Origin: Actinomycetes bacterium
GTDB taxonomy: Bacteria; Auribacterota; JAJCYG01
Direction: 5' to 3'
Assembly (NCBI GenBank): GCA_029263055.1
Contig: JAJCYG010000099.1
Coordinates: 64,083 to 128,082, forward strand
DNA: 64,000 nucleotides
A model generated the notes under the pieces. That model saw only the letters and a list, made by a program, of their open reading frames with translations, was not told where the DNA came from and did not search any database. The position numbers and the translations under genes were made by a program. Of this stretch, positions 1 through 9,360 are shown piece by piece (within the stretch, counting starts at the first letter, position 1; every line of letters starts with the position of its first letter).

Positions 1-410
1 AAGCAGAACCTCTTTCCATTTACACTCAATTTGAGTTTGATGTGCCATTAGGTGAGAACGGTGATTGTTATGACCGGTATACTGTGCGCATGGAAGAGAT
101 GGAGCAAAGTTTGAGATTAGTGGAACAAGCGTTGGATAAACTGCCAGAGGGGGCTTTTCAATGTAAGCCAGCCCCTAAACGAATCAAGCCAGAAGCAGGC
201 GAGTATTATCAAGCCATTGAAGGCGGGCGTGGGGAGTTTGGTATTTATTTGGTTTCTGACGGAAAAGACAAGCCCTACCGTGTGAAATTACGGACGCCTT
301 GTTTTTCAAATTTGAGTTTGCTTTCAGAAGTGAGTAAAGGGTTGACCATGCCAGACATGGTGGCCATTTTGGGTAGTTTAGATTTAGTCATTCCAGATAT
401 TGATAGGTAA
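1..410 (+). CDS. nuoD: NADH-quinone oxidoreductase subunit D (49-kDa subunit), C-terminal part; 5' end lies upstream of the window
   Basis: Frame 3 is open from nt 3 (AEPLSIYTQFEFDVPLGENGDCYDRYTVRMEE...), a typical NuoD C-terminus; nuoH starts 5 nt after the stop; the track ORF 42..410 is just the first internal Met. Confidence 0.85.
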   Translation, partial: AEPLSIYTQFEFDVPLGENGDCYDRYTVRMEEMEQSLRLVEQALDKLPEGAFQCKPAPKRIKPEAGEYYQAIEGGRGEFGIYLVSDGKDKPYRVKLRTPCFSNLSLLSEVSKGLTMPDMVAILGSLDLVIPDIDR

Positions 411-415
411 TAAAA

Positions 416-1372
416 TTGGATATGCTACTGGTAATGCTTAAAATTGGAATGTATGCGGCGATTGTGATTGGCTTTATCACAGTCAATGCGCTTTTTTTGG
501 TTTGGATGGAACGAAAAGTTTCTGCCAAAATCCAATTGCGCCATGGACCCATGGAAGTGGGTTGGCATGGAACATTTCAAACCTTTGCTGACGCGATCAA
601 GCTGTTTGGAAAAGAGCTGATTACGCCCGTTAATATTGATAAGGTTCCTTATCTCTTGGCGCCCATGCTGGCGATGTTTCCAACGATCTTAATCTTTTTA
701 GTGATTCCTATTGGAGAGAACCTGCACATCCTTGACTTGAATGTAGGTGTACTTTACATCTTTGCGTTTTCAGCTTTGGGGGTTCTCTCCATCTTTATGG
801 CTGGTTATGGGTCGAATAACAAATACTCTATGTTAGGAGCGGTTCGGGGAGTGGCCCAAAGTTTGGCTTATGAAATCCCTCTTCTGCTTTCTATCTTAGG
901 GGTGATCATGATCTGCGGCACGTTAAATCTAAAAGGGATTGTGATGGCGCAAGACAATGTTTGGTTTGTTCTGTATCAGCCTTTGGCTTTTGTGATCTTT
1001 TTTATCTCTACATTAGCTGAAACTAATCGAGCGCCATTTGATTTGCCAGAAGCTGAGTCTGAAATTATTGCTGGGTTTCATACAGAGTATTCAGGCATTC
1101 GTTTTGCGATGTTCTTTTTATCAGAGTACACGCATATGTTTATAGTGTCTGCTTTGGCCACGATTCTCTTTTTAGGGGGATGGAACGGTCCGTTTTTACC
1201 TGAACCGGTTTGGTTTCTCTTAAAAGTCTATTTTTTAATTTTTATGATGATGTGGATTCGATTTACATTTCCACGCATTCGAATCGATCAGTTGATGACT
1301 TTAGGGTGGAAGATTTTGATTCCACTTGCTTTGGTAAATCTTTTAGTTACTGGAATCGTGTTGAAACTATAA
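416..1372 (+). CDS. nuoH: NADH-quinone oxidoreductase subunit H (membrane subunit)
   Basis: 318 aa polytopic protein; NuoH/ND1 signature region GPMEVGWHGTFQTFADAIKLF and EAESEIIAGFHTEYSG; position between nuoD and nuoI. Confidence 0.9.
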   Translation: MDMLLVMLKIGMYAAIVIGFITVNALFLVWMERKVSAKIQLRHGPMEVGWHGTFQTFADAIKLFGKELITPVNIDKVPYLLAPMLAMFPTILIFLVIPIGENLHILDLNVGVLYIFAFSALGVLSIFMAGYGSNNKYSMLGAVRGVAQSLAYEIPLLLSILGVIMICGTLNLKGIVMAQDNVWFVLYQPLAFVIFFISTLAETNRAPFDLPEAESEIIAGFHTEYSGIRFAMFFLSEYTHMFIVSALATILFLGGWNGPFLPEPVWFLLKVYFLIFMMMWIRFTFPRIRIDQLMTLGWKILIPLALVNLLVTGIVLKL

Positions 1373-1888
1373 ATGAAAAATTTATTTAATTACTTCAAAG
1401 AAATACTTGTTGGTTTGTGGTCTCTGATTACAGGGATGGAAGTGACATTGCGTTATATGTTTAAAAAGCCTGTCACGGTTCAATACCCCAAAGAAAAGTT
1501 GACCATGACTAAAAACTTTCGTGGCCCGATTCAGTTTGTTTTGTTTGATAAGACTGGAAGTCATGACTGCATAGGTTGTTTTTTATGCGCGAAAGCATGT
1601 CCTACAGATTGTTATACCATTGAAGCGGCTAAAACAGAAGGGGGGCAAAAGCGTCCGACTCGTTTTGAGTACAATGTGTTGCAATGTAGTTTGTGTAATT
1701 TGTGCGTCCAGGTTTGTCCCACTAAGACACTTGAACATTCTAGAGATTACGAAGCCGCCGCTTATTCACCTGATGAGTACCGAGCGATTAACTTTATTGA
1801 GCATGTTGGTAAGCGAGCCACGGCACAAGGTATGACCTCAAAATTAGGGAAGCCTGTTGTTGAACAAGAAGAGAAGCCCGCATCATGA
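1373..1888 (+). CDS. nuoI: NADH-quinone oxidoreductase subunit I (2x[4Fe-4S] ferredoxin-type)
   Basis: Two CxxCxxCxxxCP motifs (CIGCFLCAKACP, CSLCNLCVQVCP); start abuts nuoH stop. Confidence 0.9.
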   Translation: MKNLFNYFKEILVGLWSLITGMEVTLRYMFKKPVTVQYPKEKLTMTKNFRGPIQFVLFDKTGSHDCIGCFLCAKACPTDCYTIEAAKTEGGQKRPTRFEYNVLQCSLCNLCVQVCPTKTLEHSRDYEAAAYSPDEYRAINFIEHVGKRATAQGMTSKLGKPVVEQEEKPAS

Positions 1889-2388
1889 TTAAAGAATTGA
1901 TTTTTTTATTATTTGCTGGAGGAGCGGTTGGGTTTGCCTTATTGGCTGTGAGCCTAAAGAATCTGTTCCATGCTGCGCTTTGTTTGGCTGCCACTCTTTT
2001 TAGTGTTGCCGGCATCTTTATCTTTTTAGGAAGCGAGTTCTTAGCTGTGATTCAATTGCTTGTTTACTTTGGTGCGATTGGGATTTTAATTATTTTTACC
2101 ATTATGATTTCGCCACCTGCTCTTTTAAAGAATGAAACCAAGTCTGTCAGTAAATTCTTTTTTGCGCTTGCAGCAGCAGGTTCGTTGTTTTTTATCTTGT
2201 TTGCTCTGCTTGCTCAATCAACATTAGAAACCGAGACCGTAGAATTAGGTTTGGTCTCGATTAGTCAGCTTGGTACGCTCTTGTTGACTGATTTTGTGTT
2301 TCCATTTGAAGTGATTGCTTTGGTATTGCTGTTAGCGATTGTCGGAGCAATCATTCATGCGTGGGGAGGGGCTGAAGGCCATGAGTGA
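1885..2388 (+). CDS. nuoJ: NADH-quinone oxidoreductase subunit J
   Basis: 167 aa, 5 hydrophobic helices, operon position between nuoI and nuoK; 4-nt overlap with nuoI. Confidence 0.85.
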   Translation: MIKELIFLLFAGGAVGFALLAVSLKNLFHAALCLAATLFSVAGIFIFLGSEFLAVIQLLVYFGAIGILIIFTIMISPPALLKNETKSVSKFFFALAAAGSLFFILFALLAQSTLETETVELGLVSISQLGTLLLTDFVFPFEVIALVLLLAIVGAIIHAWGGAEGHE

Positions 2389-2692
2389 TCAACTCTCAAC
2401 GTATCTTGTTTTAGCTGCGCTTCTCTTTTCAATTGGTCTGTTTGGTTTGCTTTATCGCCGTTCCTTAATAGGGATGTTGATTTCGCTTGAGCTGATGCTT
2501 AACAGTGTGAATATTAATTTGGTTGCCTTTGATCGGTTTATGACCCCTGATAAAGGGACCGGACAAATTTTTGCCATCTTTGTGATTGCCATTGCGGCGG
2601 CTGAAGCTGCGGTTGGGTTGTCGATCATCTTAGCTTTTTTTCGCCGCTACAAATCTATTGATGTGGAACAACCTGGGGAGTTAAAAGGATAA
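2381..2692 (+). CDS. nuoK: NADH-quinone oxidoreductase subunit K
   Basis: About 100 aa, 3-helix protein MSDQLSTYLVLAALLFSIGLFGLL... typical NuoK N-terminus; ATG at 2381 overlaps the nuoJ TGA (ATGAGTGA); the track ORF starts earlier at 2339 but the N-terminal extension would overlap nuoJ. Confidence 0.8.
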   Translation: MSDQLSTYLVLAALLFSIGLFGLLYRRSLIGMLISLELMLNSVNINLVAFDRFMTPDKGTGQIFAIFVIAIAAAEAAVGLSIILAFFRRYKSIDVEQPGELKG

Positions 2693-4518
2693 TGGAATCA
2701 TTGCTTCTTTCACTCATTTTGATTTCACCTTTTGTGGCGGCTTGGGGCATCTTGTTGTTTTTCTTTCGCAACCGTCAAATCGCGCCCATTTTTTCTGTTG
2801 TGTTGATGGGGGTTTCTGCGGTTTCAACATTGATTCTTCTTTTTACACACTTGCATTCTGCACCGATTGAAATCAGTTCTGTCTGGTTAGACCTAGGTGA
2901 TCGTCAAGTGATTATGGGCTTTTATCTGGATCCCTTAAGTTTGCTGATGCTCGCAATAGTTGGGGTGATTAGTTTCTTAGCTCAACTTTATTCCTTAGGT
3001 TATATGAAGGATGATGAAGACAGACCACGCTACTTTGCTTGGATGTCTCTCTTTAGTTGGTCCATGCTCTTTTTTGTGGCTGCCAGCAATATATTGCAAG
3101 CCTTGATCTTTTGGGAGTTAGTCGGTCTTTTTTCTTATCTGCTCATTGGTTTTTGGTACCACAAATCAAGCGCTGCAGCTGCGGCCAAAAAAGCATTTTA
3201 CTTAACTCGTTTAGGGGACATTGGTTTTTTTATTGGAGTCTTGCTTCTTTTAAGTTGGTTAGGAAATATTTCGTTTGCTCAATTAAATGCAGAAGCAGTC
3301 TTAGCCAATCATTCTCCAACCGCTCTTTTTATAGTTTGTCTCTTAATCTTTTGTGGTGTGGCAGGAAAGTCAGCTCAGTTCCCATTGCATAGTTGGTTGC
3401 CAGATGCCATGGAAGGTCCCACACCTGTTTCATCTTTGATTCACTCTGCCACCATGGTGGCTGCGGGAGTCTACTTGCTTGCACGTGCGTTTCCACTTTT
3501 TAGTGGTTCTCCTGAGGCAATGCACTTGTTCTTATTTATTGCCACCATCACTACTTTAATCGCAGCTTTCCTCGGCTTGATTGAAAAAGATATTAAACGC
3601 ATTATGGCTTATTCCACAGTGAGTCAGCTTGGGATGATGGTGATGGCCATTGCTGCGGGAAGTATGCAAGCAGGTATGTTTCATTTATTGACCCATGCCT
3701 TTTTCAAATCAATGCTCTTTCTTGTGGCTGGGATCTTGATTCATTCATTAGGAACCAATGATATTTTTGAATTGGCTTCCAAAGGGGCCCGCAAACATAA
3801 AGTGGCTTGGCTTGGTTTGATTGTGGGTTGTTTTGCCTTGAGCGGCTTGTTCCCCTTTTCAGGCTTCTTTAGTAAAGAAGCAATTTATGATGCGTTGTTG
3901 CATGGCCCGCATCCCATCTATTTTTACTTTGCGCTTTTCGGGAGTTTCTTAACTGCAGTCTATAGCTTTCGTTTGATCTTTGTTTTAGCTTTTCCAAAAG
4001 AAGAACAAAATGCCCACCGCCATGAAGAAAAGGTCATGAACTTACCGGTTCTTTTCTTGGCAGCAACCACCTTGGTTCTTGGTTTCTTTGGTGGAAAAAT
4101 AATGCATTTTCTCGGAGCAGGGGCACATCACAGCGAAGGCATGGAAAAAATTATTGCCATGAGTGTTACAGGGTTGATCGCGGGCGCTTTGATTTCATAT
4201 CTAAACTTTGGTGTCAAAAATAAACGTGGAGCCACTCTTGGTCTGTTTGACAAAGTCCCTGTCTTAACAACCGTGATACAAAATAAATTTTATGTGGATC
4301 ATGTGATCTACTTTTTATTCCGCCAAGGTTACATGGGTCTCTCGAAAGTGCTTCATTGGATTGACCTGAATGTGATTAATGCTTTGGTCAATTTAGTGGG
4401 ACGAAGCGTGATTGAACTAGGGCGATGGACCACTAAAATTCAAGCTGGTCTTGTGCAAGTCTATTTAGGAATTGGTTTTATTGGAATTGCCTTAGTGGTG
4501 GTCTTTTATCTGTTATAG
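2692..4518 (+). CDS. nuoL: NADH-quinone oxidoreductase subunit L (antiporter-like)
   Basis: 608 aa polytopic; Mrp/NuoL-family motifs (WLPDAMEGPTPVSSLIHSATMVAAGVYL); start overlaps nuoK stop. Confidence 0.9.
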   Translation: MESLLLSLILISPFVAAWGILLFFFRNRQIAPIFSVVLMGVSAVSTLILLFTHLHSAPIEISSVWLDLGDRQVIMGFYLDPLSLLMLAIVGVISFLAQLYSLGYMKDDEDRPRYFAWMSLFSWSMLFFVAASNILQALIFWELVGLFSYLLIGFWYHKSSAAAAAKKAFYLTRLGDIGFFIGVLLLLSWLGNISFAQLNAEAVLANHSPTALFIVCLLIFCGVAGKSAQFPLHSWLPDAMEGPTPVSSLIHSATMVAAGVYLLARAFPLFSGSPEAMHLFLFIATITTLIAAFLGLIEKDIKRIMAYSTVSQLGMMVMAIAAGSMQAGMFHLLTHAFFKSMLFLVAGILIHSLGTNDIFELASKGARKHKVAWLGLIVGCFALSGLFPFSGFFSKEAIYDALLHGPHPIYFYFALFGSFLTAVYSFRLIFVLAFPKEEQNAHRHEEKVMNLPVLFLAATTLVLGFFGGKIMHFLGAGAHHSEGMEKIIAMSVTGLIAGALISYLNFGVKNKRGATLGLFDKVPVLTTVIQNKFYVDHVIYFLFRQGYMGLSKVLHWIDLNVINALVNLVGRSVIELGRWTTKIQAGLVQVYLGIGFIGIALVVVFYLL

Positions 4519-4527
4519 GAATTTAAA

Positions 4528-5973
4528 ATGAACTGGATTGTACCAACAATTATATTAGCACCCGTGATTGGTGTGCTGGCTATTTTGCTTTCTCCAAAAG
4601 AAGCAGAAGCGCGGATCCGTTGCATTTCTGCATTGGCAACAGGGGCCACTTTATTAGCATCGCTGCTTCTCTTTTTTGTGTATGACCAAGCAGAAGCCGG
4701 GATTCAATTTATTTGGCGTATACCTGTTAGTGAAGCGTTAGGCATTAACTTAATTTTTGGAGTGGATGGAATCAATATTCCACTTCTAGTGTTAACAGCT
4801 GTGGTCGGTGTGGCAGGGGTTTTCTCTATGTGGCGCCTCACAAATCGAGTTAAAGAATTTTACGCCCTCTTCTTATTATTACTCGGTGGCATGTATGGTG
4901 GCTTTCTCTGCTTTGACCTTTTCTTTTTCTTTCTCTTTTATGAGTTAGCAGTGCTGCCAATGTATTTGCTTGTGACATTATGGGGTTCTAAAAACCGTGA
5001 GTATGCAGCCATGAAACTAACAATTTATTTGTTAGGGGCTTCTTGCTTAGTCATCACAGCCTTCTTAATGATCTATCAAGAAGCAGGATTAAAAACATTT
5101 GATTACTTAATCTTAGTGGAGCAAGCCAACTTTTCACCTGAATTTCAAAAATGGGTTTTCTTAATGCTCTTTATTGGATTTGGGGTTTTGGCCGCTCTGT
5201 TTCCTTTTCATACATGGTCACCTGATGGATATGCCGCAGCGCCAACTGCAGCAAGTATGGTTCATGCGGGTGTGCTGAAGCAGCTCGGGATTTATGGTAT
5301 TTTGCGTTTGGCGATTGGCTTGTGCCCAGAAGGTTTGCCGCATTGGTCTTTCTTAATGGGCTTTTTAGCGGTCTGCAACATTGTTTACGCCGCCATCATT
5401 GCAGCGAAACAGAAAGATTTAAAGTACATGATTGGGTATTCAAGTGTGGCTCATATGGGTGTGGTGATCTTAGGGCTTTCAACCATGTCAACTTTGGGTT
5501 ACACCGGGGTTGTTTATCAAATGTTTGCCCATGGTATGGTGACAGCGCTTCTCTTTTCCTGCATCGGTTATATCTATGAAACAACCGGCATACGTAACAT
5601 GGATCAGCTGGGTGGATTGGCTAAGCAGTTTCCTTTAATTGCCTTTGCGTTTGTGATGGCTGGTTTGGCCAACGTGGGTATGCCTGGTTTAGCAGGATTT
5701 CCTGCAGAGGTTCAGATTTTCTTAGCCGCACTTAGAAGTAATGTGATTTTCGGAGTGATTGGAATTTTTGGCATCATGTTTAGCACAATCTATATTTTTC
5801 GTGCCTTGCAACGGAGCTTGTTTGGCCCCATGGATGACAAGTTTAAACAATATGCCGATGCTAATTTTGTGATGGCATTTCCACGTTACCTGATAGTGGT
5901 CTTTTTACTCTTTTTTGGATTTTTTCCACAACTGCTTGTTCGGTTTATTCGGACAGCCACCGAGGGAATGTAG
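4528..5973 (+). CDS. nuoM: NADH-quinone oxidoreductase subunit M
   Basis: 481 aa antiporter-like subunit (HTWSPDGYAAAPTAASMVHAGVLKQLGIYGILR); operon order L-M-N. Confidence 0.9.
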   Translation: MNWIVPTIILAPVIGVLAILLSPKEAEARIRCISALATGATLLASLLLFFVYDQAEAGIQFIWRIPVSEALGINLIFGVDGINIPLLVLTAVVGVAGVFSMWRLTNRVKEFYALFLLLLGGMYGGFLCFDLFFFFLFYELAVLPMYLLVTLWGSKNREYAAMKLTIYLLGASCLVITAFLMIYQEAGLKTFDYLILVEQANFSPEFQKWVFLMLFIGFGVLAALFPFHTWSPDGYAAAPTAASMVHAGVLKQLGIYGILRLAIGLCPEGLPHWSFLMGFLAVCNIVYAAIIAAKQKDLKYMIGYSSVAHMGVVILGLSTMSTLGYTGVVYQMFAHGMVTALLFSCIGYIYETTGIRNMDQLGGLAKQFPLIAFAFVMAGLANVGMPGLAGFPAEVQIFLAALRSNVIFGVIGIFGIMFSTIYIFRALQRSLFGPMDDKFKQYADANFVMAFPRYLIVVFLLFFGFFPQLLVRFIRTATEGM

Positions 5974-7389
5974 ATGAACCATTGGTTTTTACTTAGCCCA
6001 GAATTGTTGATTGCTGTATCGAGCTTTCTCTTTCTTTATTTGTCCTCTCATACAAAGAATGGAAAACGTGATTTTACGCTCGCTTTGTTGGTTTCATTGG
6101 GAGCCGTAGTTCTTTCTGTGATGACTCTTGATTCTGAGGGGTCTCTTTTTAGTGGGACCTACAAAATTAATTTCTTCTCTCAAATCTTTAAGCTGATTTT
6201 ATCTTTAGGTCTGTTTCTATTGGTTTGGTTAAGCCGCAATCTTTCTGATTTAGATGAGCGGGTCGGCACAGAATATTTTTACTTTCTCTTCTCAGCCACA
6301 TTAGGCTTTTTACTTTTGCCAAGTTGTTCGGAGTTCATTACTTTGTTTGTGGCATTAGAGTTGTCTTCGATTGCACTTTATATTTTGATTCCACTTCGAA
6401 AAGGAGATGGCATTGATGCTGAAGCAGGAATCAAGTACTTGCTCATGAGTGCGGCTGCCACAGCTGTTTTCTTATACGGAGCAAGCTTGCTTTATGGAAT
6501 GGTTAAAACAACTGATTTAACCGTTGCAGCCACTCTTTTATCTCAAGGCGGGCTTTCACCGTTAGCTTATGTGGCGCTTTTCTTAACATCAGTTGCCTTC
6601 TTCTTTAAATTAGCTGTGGTCCCATTTCATTTTTGGGCCCCTGATGTGTATCAAAGTGCGAACAATCAAGTCACAGCTTTGATTGCCACCCTTTCAAAAG
6701 TAGTGGCTGTCGCCATCTTGCTTCGTTTTTTGCCAATGGGAGAGGGGAGTGCCAAGCTTGTTTTTATCTTAACTCTGCTAGCCATCTTTTCATTGTTAAT
6801 CGGAAACTTGGCAGCCATCTGGCAACAAGATGCCAAACGTCTTTTAGCTTATTCAAGCGTGGCCCAAGCAGGCTATCTCTTAATCGGTTTTGTGGCGCTC
6901 AGCGATGAAGGGTATCGTGCGGTATTTTATTATGTTTCAACTTATCTTTTTGCCACGATCGCCGTGTTTCATGTCATCACAAAATTAAGCCAAGATGGCC
7001 GTAACTTAAAACTGAATGACTTTATTGGCTTGTCTCAACGTTCACCCCTTTTAGCCTTAACTTTACTTCTAAGCCTTTTCTCATTAGCAGGCATTCCACC
7101 TCTAGTTGGTTTTGCCGCAAAATGGTTTGTCTTTACCGCGGCCGTAGAACAAGGCCATGTCCTGCTTGTTCTCTTTGCCTTCATTATGTCAGTGGTTTCA
7201 CTCTATTACTATTTAACCCTCATCAAAAAAGCCTATGTCGACAAATCAGATCAACCTCTTACAGCTCTATCCTTAACATGGGATGAGCAACTCGTAAGCA
7301 TTGGCTTAATCCTCTTCCTCGTCCTCTTCGGAATCTTCCCAGGCTGGATTCTTAACCTTGGAGACAAGGTCGCTAGAGCTATTGGGTAG
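5974..7389 (+). CDS. nuoN: NADH-quinone oxidoreductase subunit N
   Basis: 471 aa antiporter-like subunit (FHFWAPDVYQSANNQVTALIATLSKV); TGA/ATG junction with nuoM (TAGATG). Confidence 0.85.
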   Translation: MNHWFLLSPELLIAVSSFLFLYLSSHTKNGKRDFTLALLVSLGAVVLSVMTLDSEGSLFSGTYKINFFSQIFKLILSLGLFLLVWLSRNLSDLDERVGTEYFYFLFSATLGFLLLPSCSEFITLFVALELSSIALYILIPLRKGDGIDAEAGIKYLLMSAAATAVFLYGASLLYGMVKTTDLTVAATLLSQGGLSPLAYVALFLTSVAFFFKLAVVPFHFWAPDVYQSANNQVTALIATLSKVVAVAILLRFLPMGEGSAKLVFILTLLAIFSLLIGNLAAIWQQDAKRLLAYSSVAQAGYLLIGFVALSDEGYRAVFYYVSTYLFATIAVFHVITKLSQDGRNLKLNDFIGLSQRSPLLALTLLLSLFSLAGIPPLVGFAAKWFVFTAAVEQGHVLLVLFAFIMSVVSLYYYLTLIKKAYVDKSDQPLTALSLTWDEQLVSIGLILFLVLFGIFPGWILNLGDKVARAIG

Positions 7390-7443
7390 ACCAACTTGTT
7401 ATGGTATACTATTACCAAGAATCAAAATAGGTAATTTAAAATC

Positions 7444-7734
7444 ATGGATATCGAGATACTTCTTAAAAATAAAAGAGAAGAAATTTTAAAAGTAGCAGCA
7501 AAACATGGAGCTAAAAATATCCGTGTGTTTGGTTCTGTTGCTCGTGGTGAAGCAGACCAAGAAAGTGACATTGATTTTTTAGTTGATTTTGAATCTGGTA
7601 GAAGCTTGATGGATGTTGGTTCTTTATTAATGGATTTACAAGATCTATTAGGTCGTCGTGTTGATATTGTGGAGCCAGAAGGTCTTCATTGGTATATTCG
7701 AGATAAAATTCTCAAAGAAGCCATTGCAATATGA
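7444..7734 (+). CDS. Nucleotidyltransferase-domain protein, MNT-type antitoxin (Pol-beta superfamily)
   Basis: 96 aa; GSVARGEADQESDIDFLVDF = GS...(D/E)hD minimal nucleotidyltransferase motif; 4-nt overlap (ATGA) with the downstream HEPN gene. Confidence 0.8.
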   Translation: MDIEILLKNKREEILKVAAKHGAKNIRVFGSVARGEADQESDIDFLVDFESGRSLMDVGSLLMDLQDLLGRRVDIVEPEGLHWYIRDKILKEAIAI

Positions 7735-8072
7735 AGGGTGACAGTCTTTACCTTATTCATATCAAAGAATCAATAGAACGAATCCAAGAATATACTCATG
7801 AAGGTAAAGATGTCTTTAGTACAGATGTAAAGACTCAAGATGCTGTTTTAAGAAATCTTCACACTCTAACAGAATCAACACAAAAACTTTCTCCAAAACT
7901 TAAGGAAGAACACCCTGATATAGATTGGCGAGGTATATCCGGTTTTAGGAATATTCTTGTTCATGATTATCTTGGTGTTAATGTCGAGAGAGTTTGGGTT
8001 GTTGTTCAAAAAGAGCTCCCTTTGTTAAATGATAAAGTACGTTCTATTCTTCAAGAATTAGGTGAAATTTAA
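7731..8072 (+). CDS. HepT/DUF86-type HEPN-domain toxin
   Basis: 113 aa; R-x4-H-x-Y HEPN motif (RNILVHDY); translationally coupled to the upstream MNT gene, the classical MNT-HepT type II/VII TA architecture. Confidence 0.8.
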   Translation: MKGDSLYLIHIKESIERIQEYTHEGKDVFSTDVKTQDAVLRNLHTLTESTQKLSPKLKEEHPDIDWRGISGFRNILVHDYLGVNVERVWVVVQKELPLLNDKVRSILQELGEI

Positions 8073-8085
8073 TCTACTCGGTTTT

Positions 8086-9360
8086 CTACTTTTTAATTGC
8101 TTGCCAGGTGCGTTGGCTGGCGCCGTGGTGGGTGGTGAAGATGGAGGCAGCTTGTTGGCCGGTTTGGATTGCTTGGTCGGGATGGTGGAGTAGGTCTGTT
8201 ATTTTTTCTTCGAGCTCAGTTTTGTCTGAGACACAAAATGCTCCCCTTAATTTTAAGAGTTCGCCGGCGGCTTGGCGGAAGTTTTCCATGTGAGGGCCAA
8301 AGAGAATGGGTTTGGCAAAGATGGCTGGCTCTAATGGGTTTTGGCCGCCAAAACCAGATAAGCTCCGTCCCACATAAACAATGTTAGCTAGTCCATAAAC
8401 TTTATAAAGTTCTCCAATGGTGTCTAAAAGAATAATAGGGGAGCGGGCATTGCGTTTGCCTAATTTAGAACGAAGGGTATAGTTGAGCCCTAGTTTGGTT
8501 AAGTTTTTTTCAATCTCTTTCACGCGGGTGAGGTGGCGAGGGGCTAAGATTAGTCGCAGCGTATAGAATTTTTTGCTGAGCTCTTGATAGATTTCAGCAC
8601 AGATTTTTTCTTCATTGCCGTGTGTGCTTCCTGCAACCAAAATGAGATCGGTCTGCTCTACTCCATAAATCTGTTTGATCTCATCTATTTCAATGGCACT
8701 TGGTTTTTTTAAGTTAGCTGCATCAAACTTAATGTTTCCGGTGACCTGACACTTGTTTGAATCAAGCCCAAGTCCTTCAAACCGTTTCTGATCTTCATTG
8801 GTTTGAACCAGAACATGATCAAATTGGTTTAATACATGTTTAACCCAGATATGAACAAGCTGATACCGTTTATAAGAATGATCTGAAATGCGCCCATTGA
8901 TTAAGCTAAGAGGGATCTTTTTCTTTTTTGCCACACTCACAAAACTAGGCCAGAGCTCGGTTTCTAAAATCCAAATCATTTTTGGATTTATCTGATTCAG
9001 TACTTTTTGAGCAATGGGGTAAAGATCAATGGGGAAATAAACACAATTTAATTTTTTGCTTCGAAGCAAATCAATTCCTGTCATGGTGGTGGCACTAAAA
9101 AAGAGTTGGTACTGAGGAAAAGTAAGTTTGATCTCATCTAAGAAGGGGATGATGGTCTGTATTTCACCCACGCTAGATCCATGAATCCAGAGAACTGGTT
9201 TTTTGGATTCAGAGAGTGTTTGTTTAAGAAAGCCGAGTCGTTCGCCGAGTCCTGCTCTGTAATGCTTTTGGGTGAGAACCAACAGTATTAGAATAGGTGA
9301 GGCACAAATTAAGATGATAAAAAGAAATAAGTTATAAAGGAGTAAGAACATAATAGTCAA
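8086..9360 (-). CDS. waaA: 3-deoxy-D-manno-octulosonic acid (KDO) transferase
   Basis: 424 aa; N-terminal TM anchor then LWIHGSSVGEIQTIIPFLDEIK... (GT30 KdtA signature HGSSVGE); implies lipid A/LPS-type outer membrane. Confidence 0.85.
   Translation of the reverse strand: MTIMFLLLYNLFLFIILICASPILILLVLTQKHYRAGLGERLGFLKQTLSESKKPVLWIHGSSVGEIQTIIPFLDEIKLTFPQYQLFFSATTMTGIDLLRSKKLNCVYFPIDLYPIAQKVLNQINPKMIWILETELWPSFVSVAKKKKIPLSLINGRISDHSYKRYQLVHIWVKHVLNQFDHVLVQTNEDQKRFEGLGLDSNKCQVTGNIKFDAANLKKPSAIEIDEIKQIYGVEQTDLILVAGSTHGNEEKICAEIYQELSKKFYTLRLILAPRHLTRVKEIEKNLTKLGLNYTLRSKLGKRNARSPIILLDTIGELYKVYGLANIVYVGRSLSGFGGQNPLEPAIFAKPILFGPHMENFRQAAGELLKLRGAFCVSDKTELEEKITDLLHHPDQAIQTGQQAASIFTTHHGASQRTWQAIKK

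Noticed and set aside
3057-3392. Track ORFs lying inside or antisense to long confident genes (e.g. 3057..3392, 5322..5579, 8108..8387, 9495..9705, 11058..11282, 12836..13409, 16588..16848, 20424..20741, 54979..55398, 61152..61364, 62215..62550, 63127..63381)
   Set aside because: All are embedded in, or antisense to, ORFs with clear family signatures; no independent support (no motifs, atypical composition).
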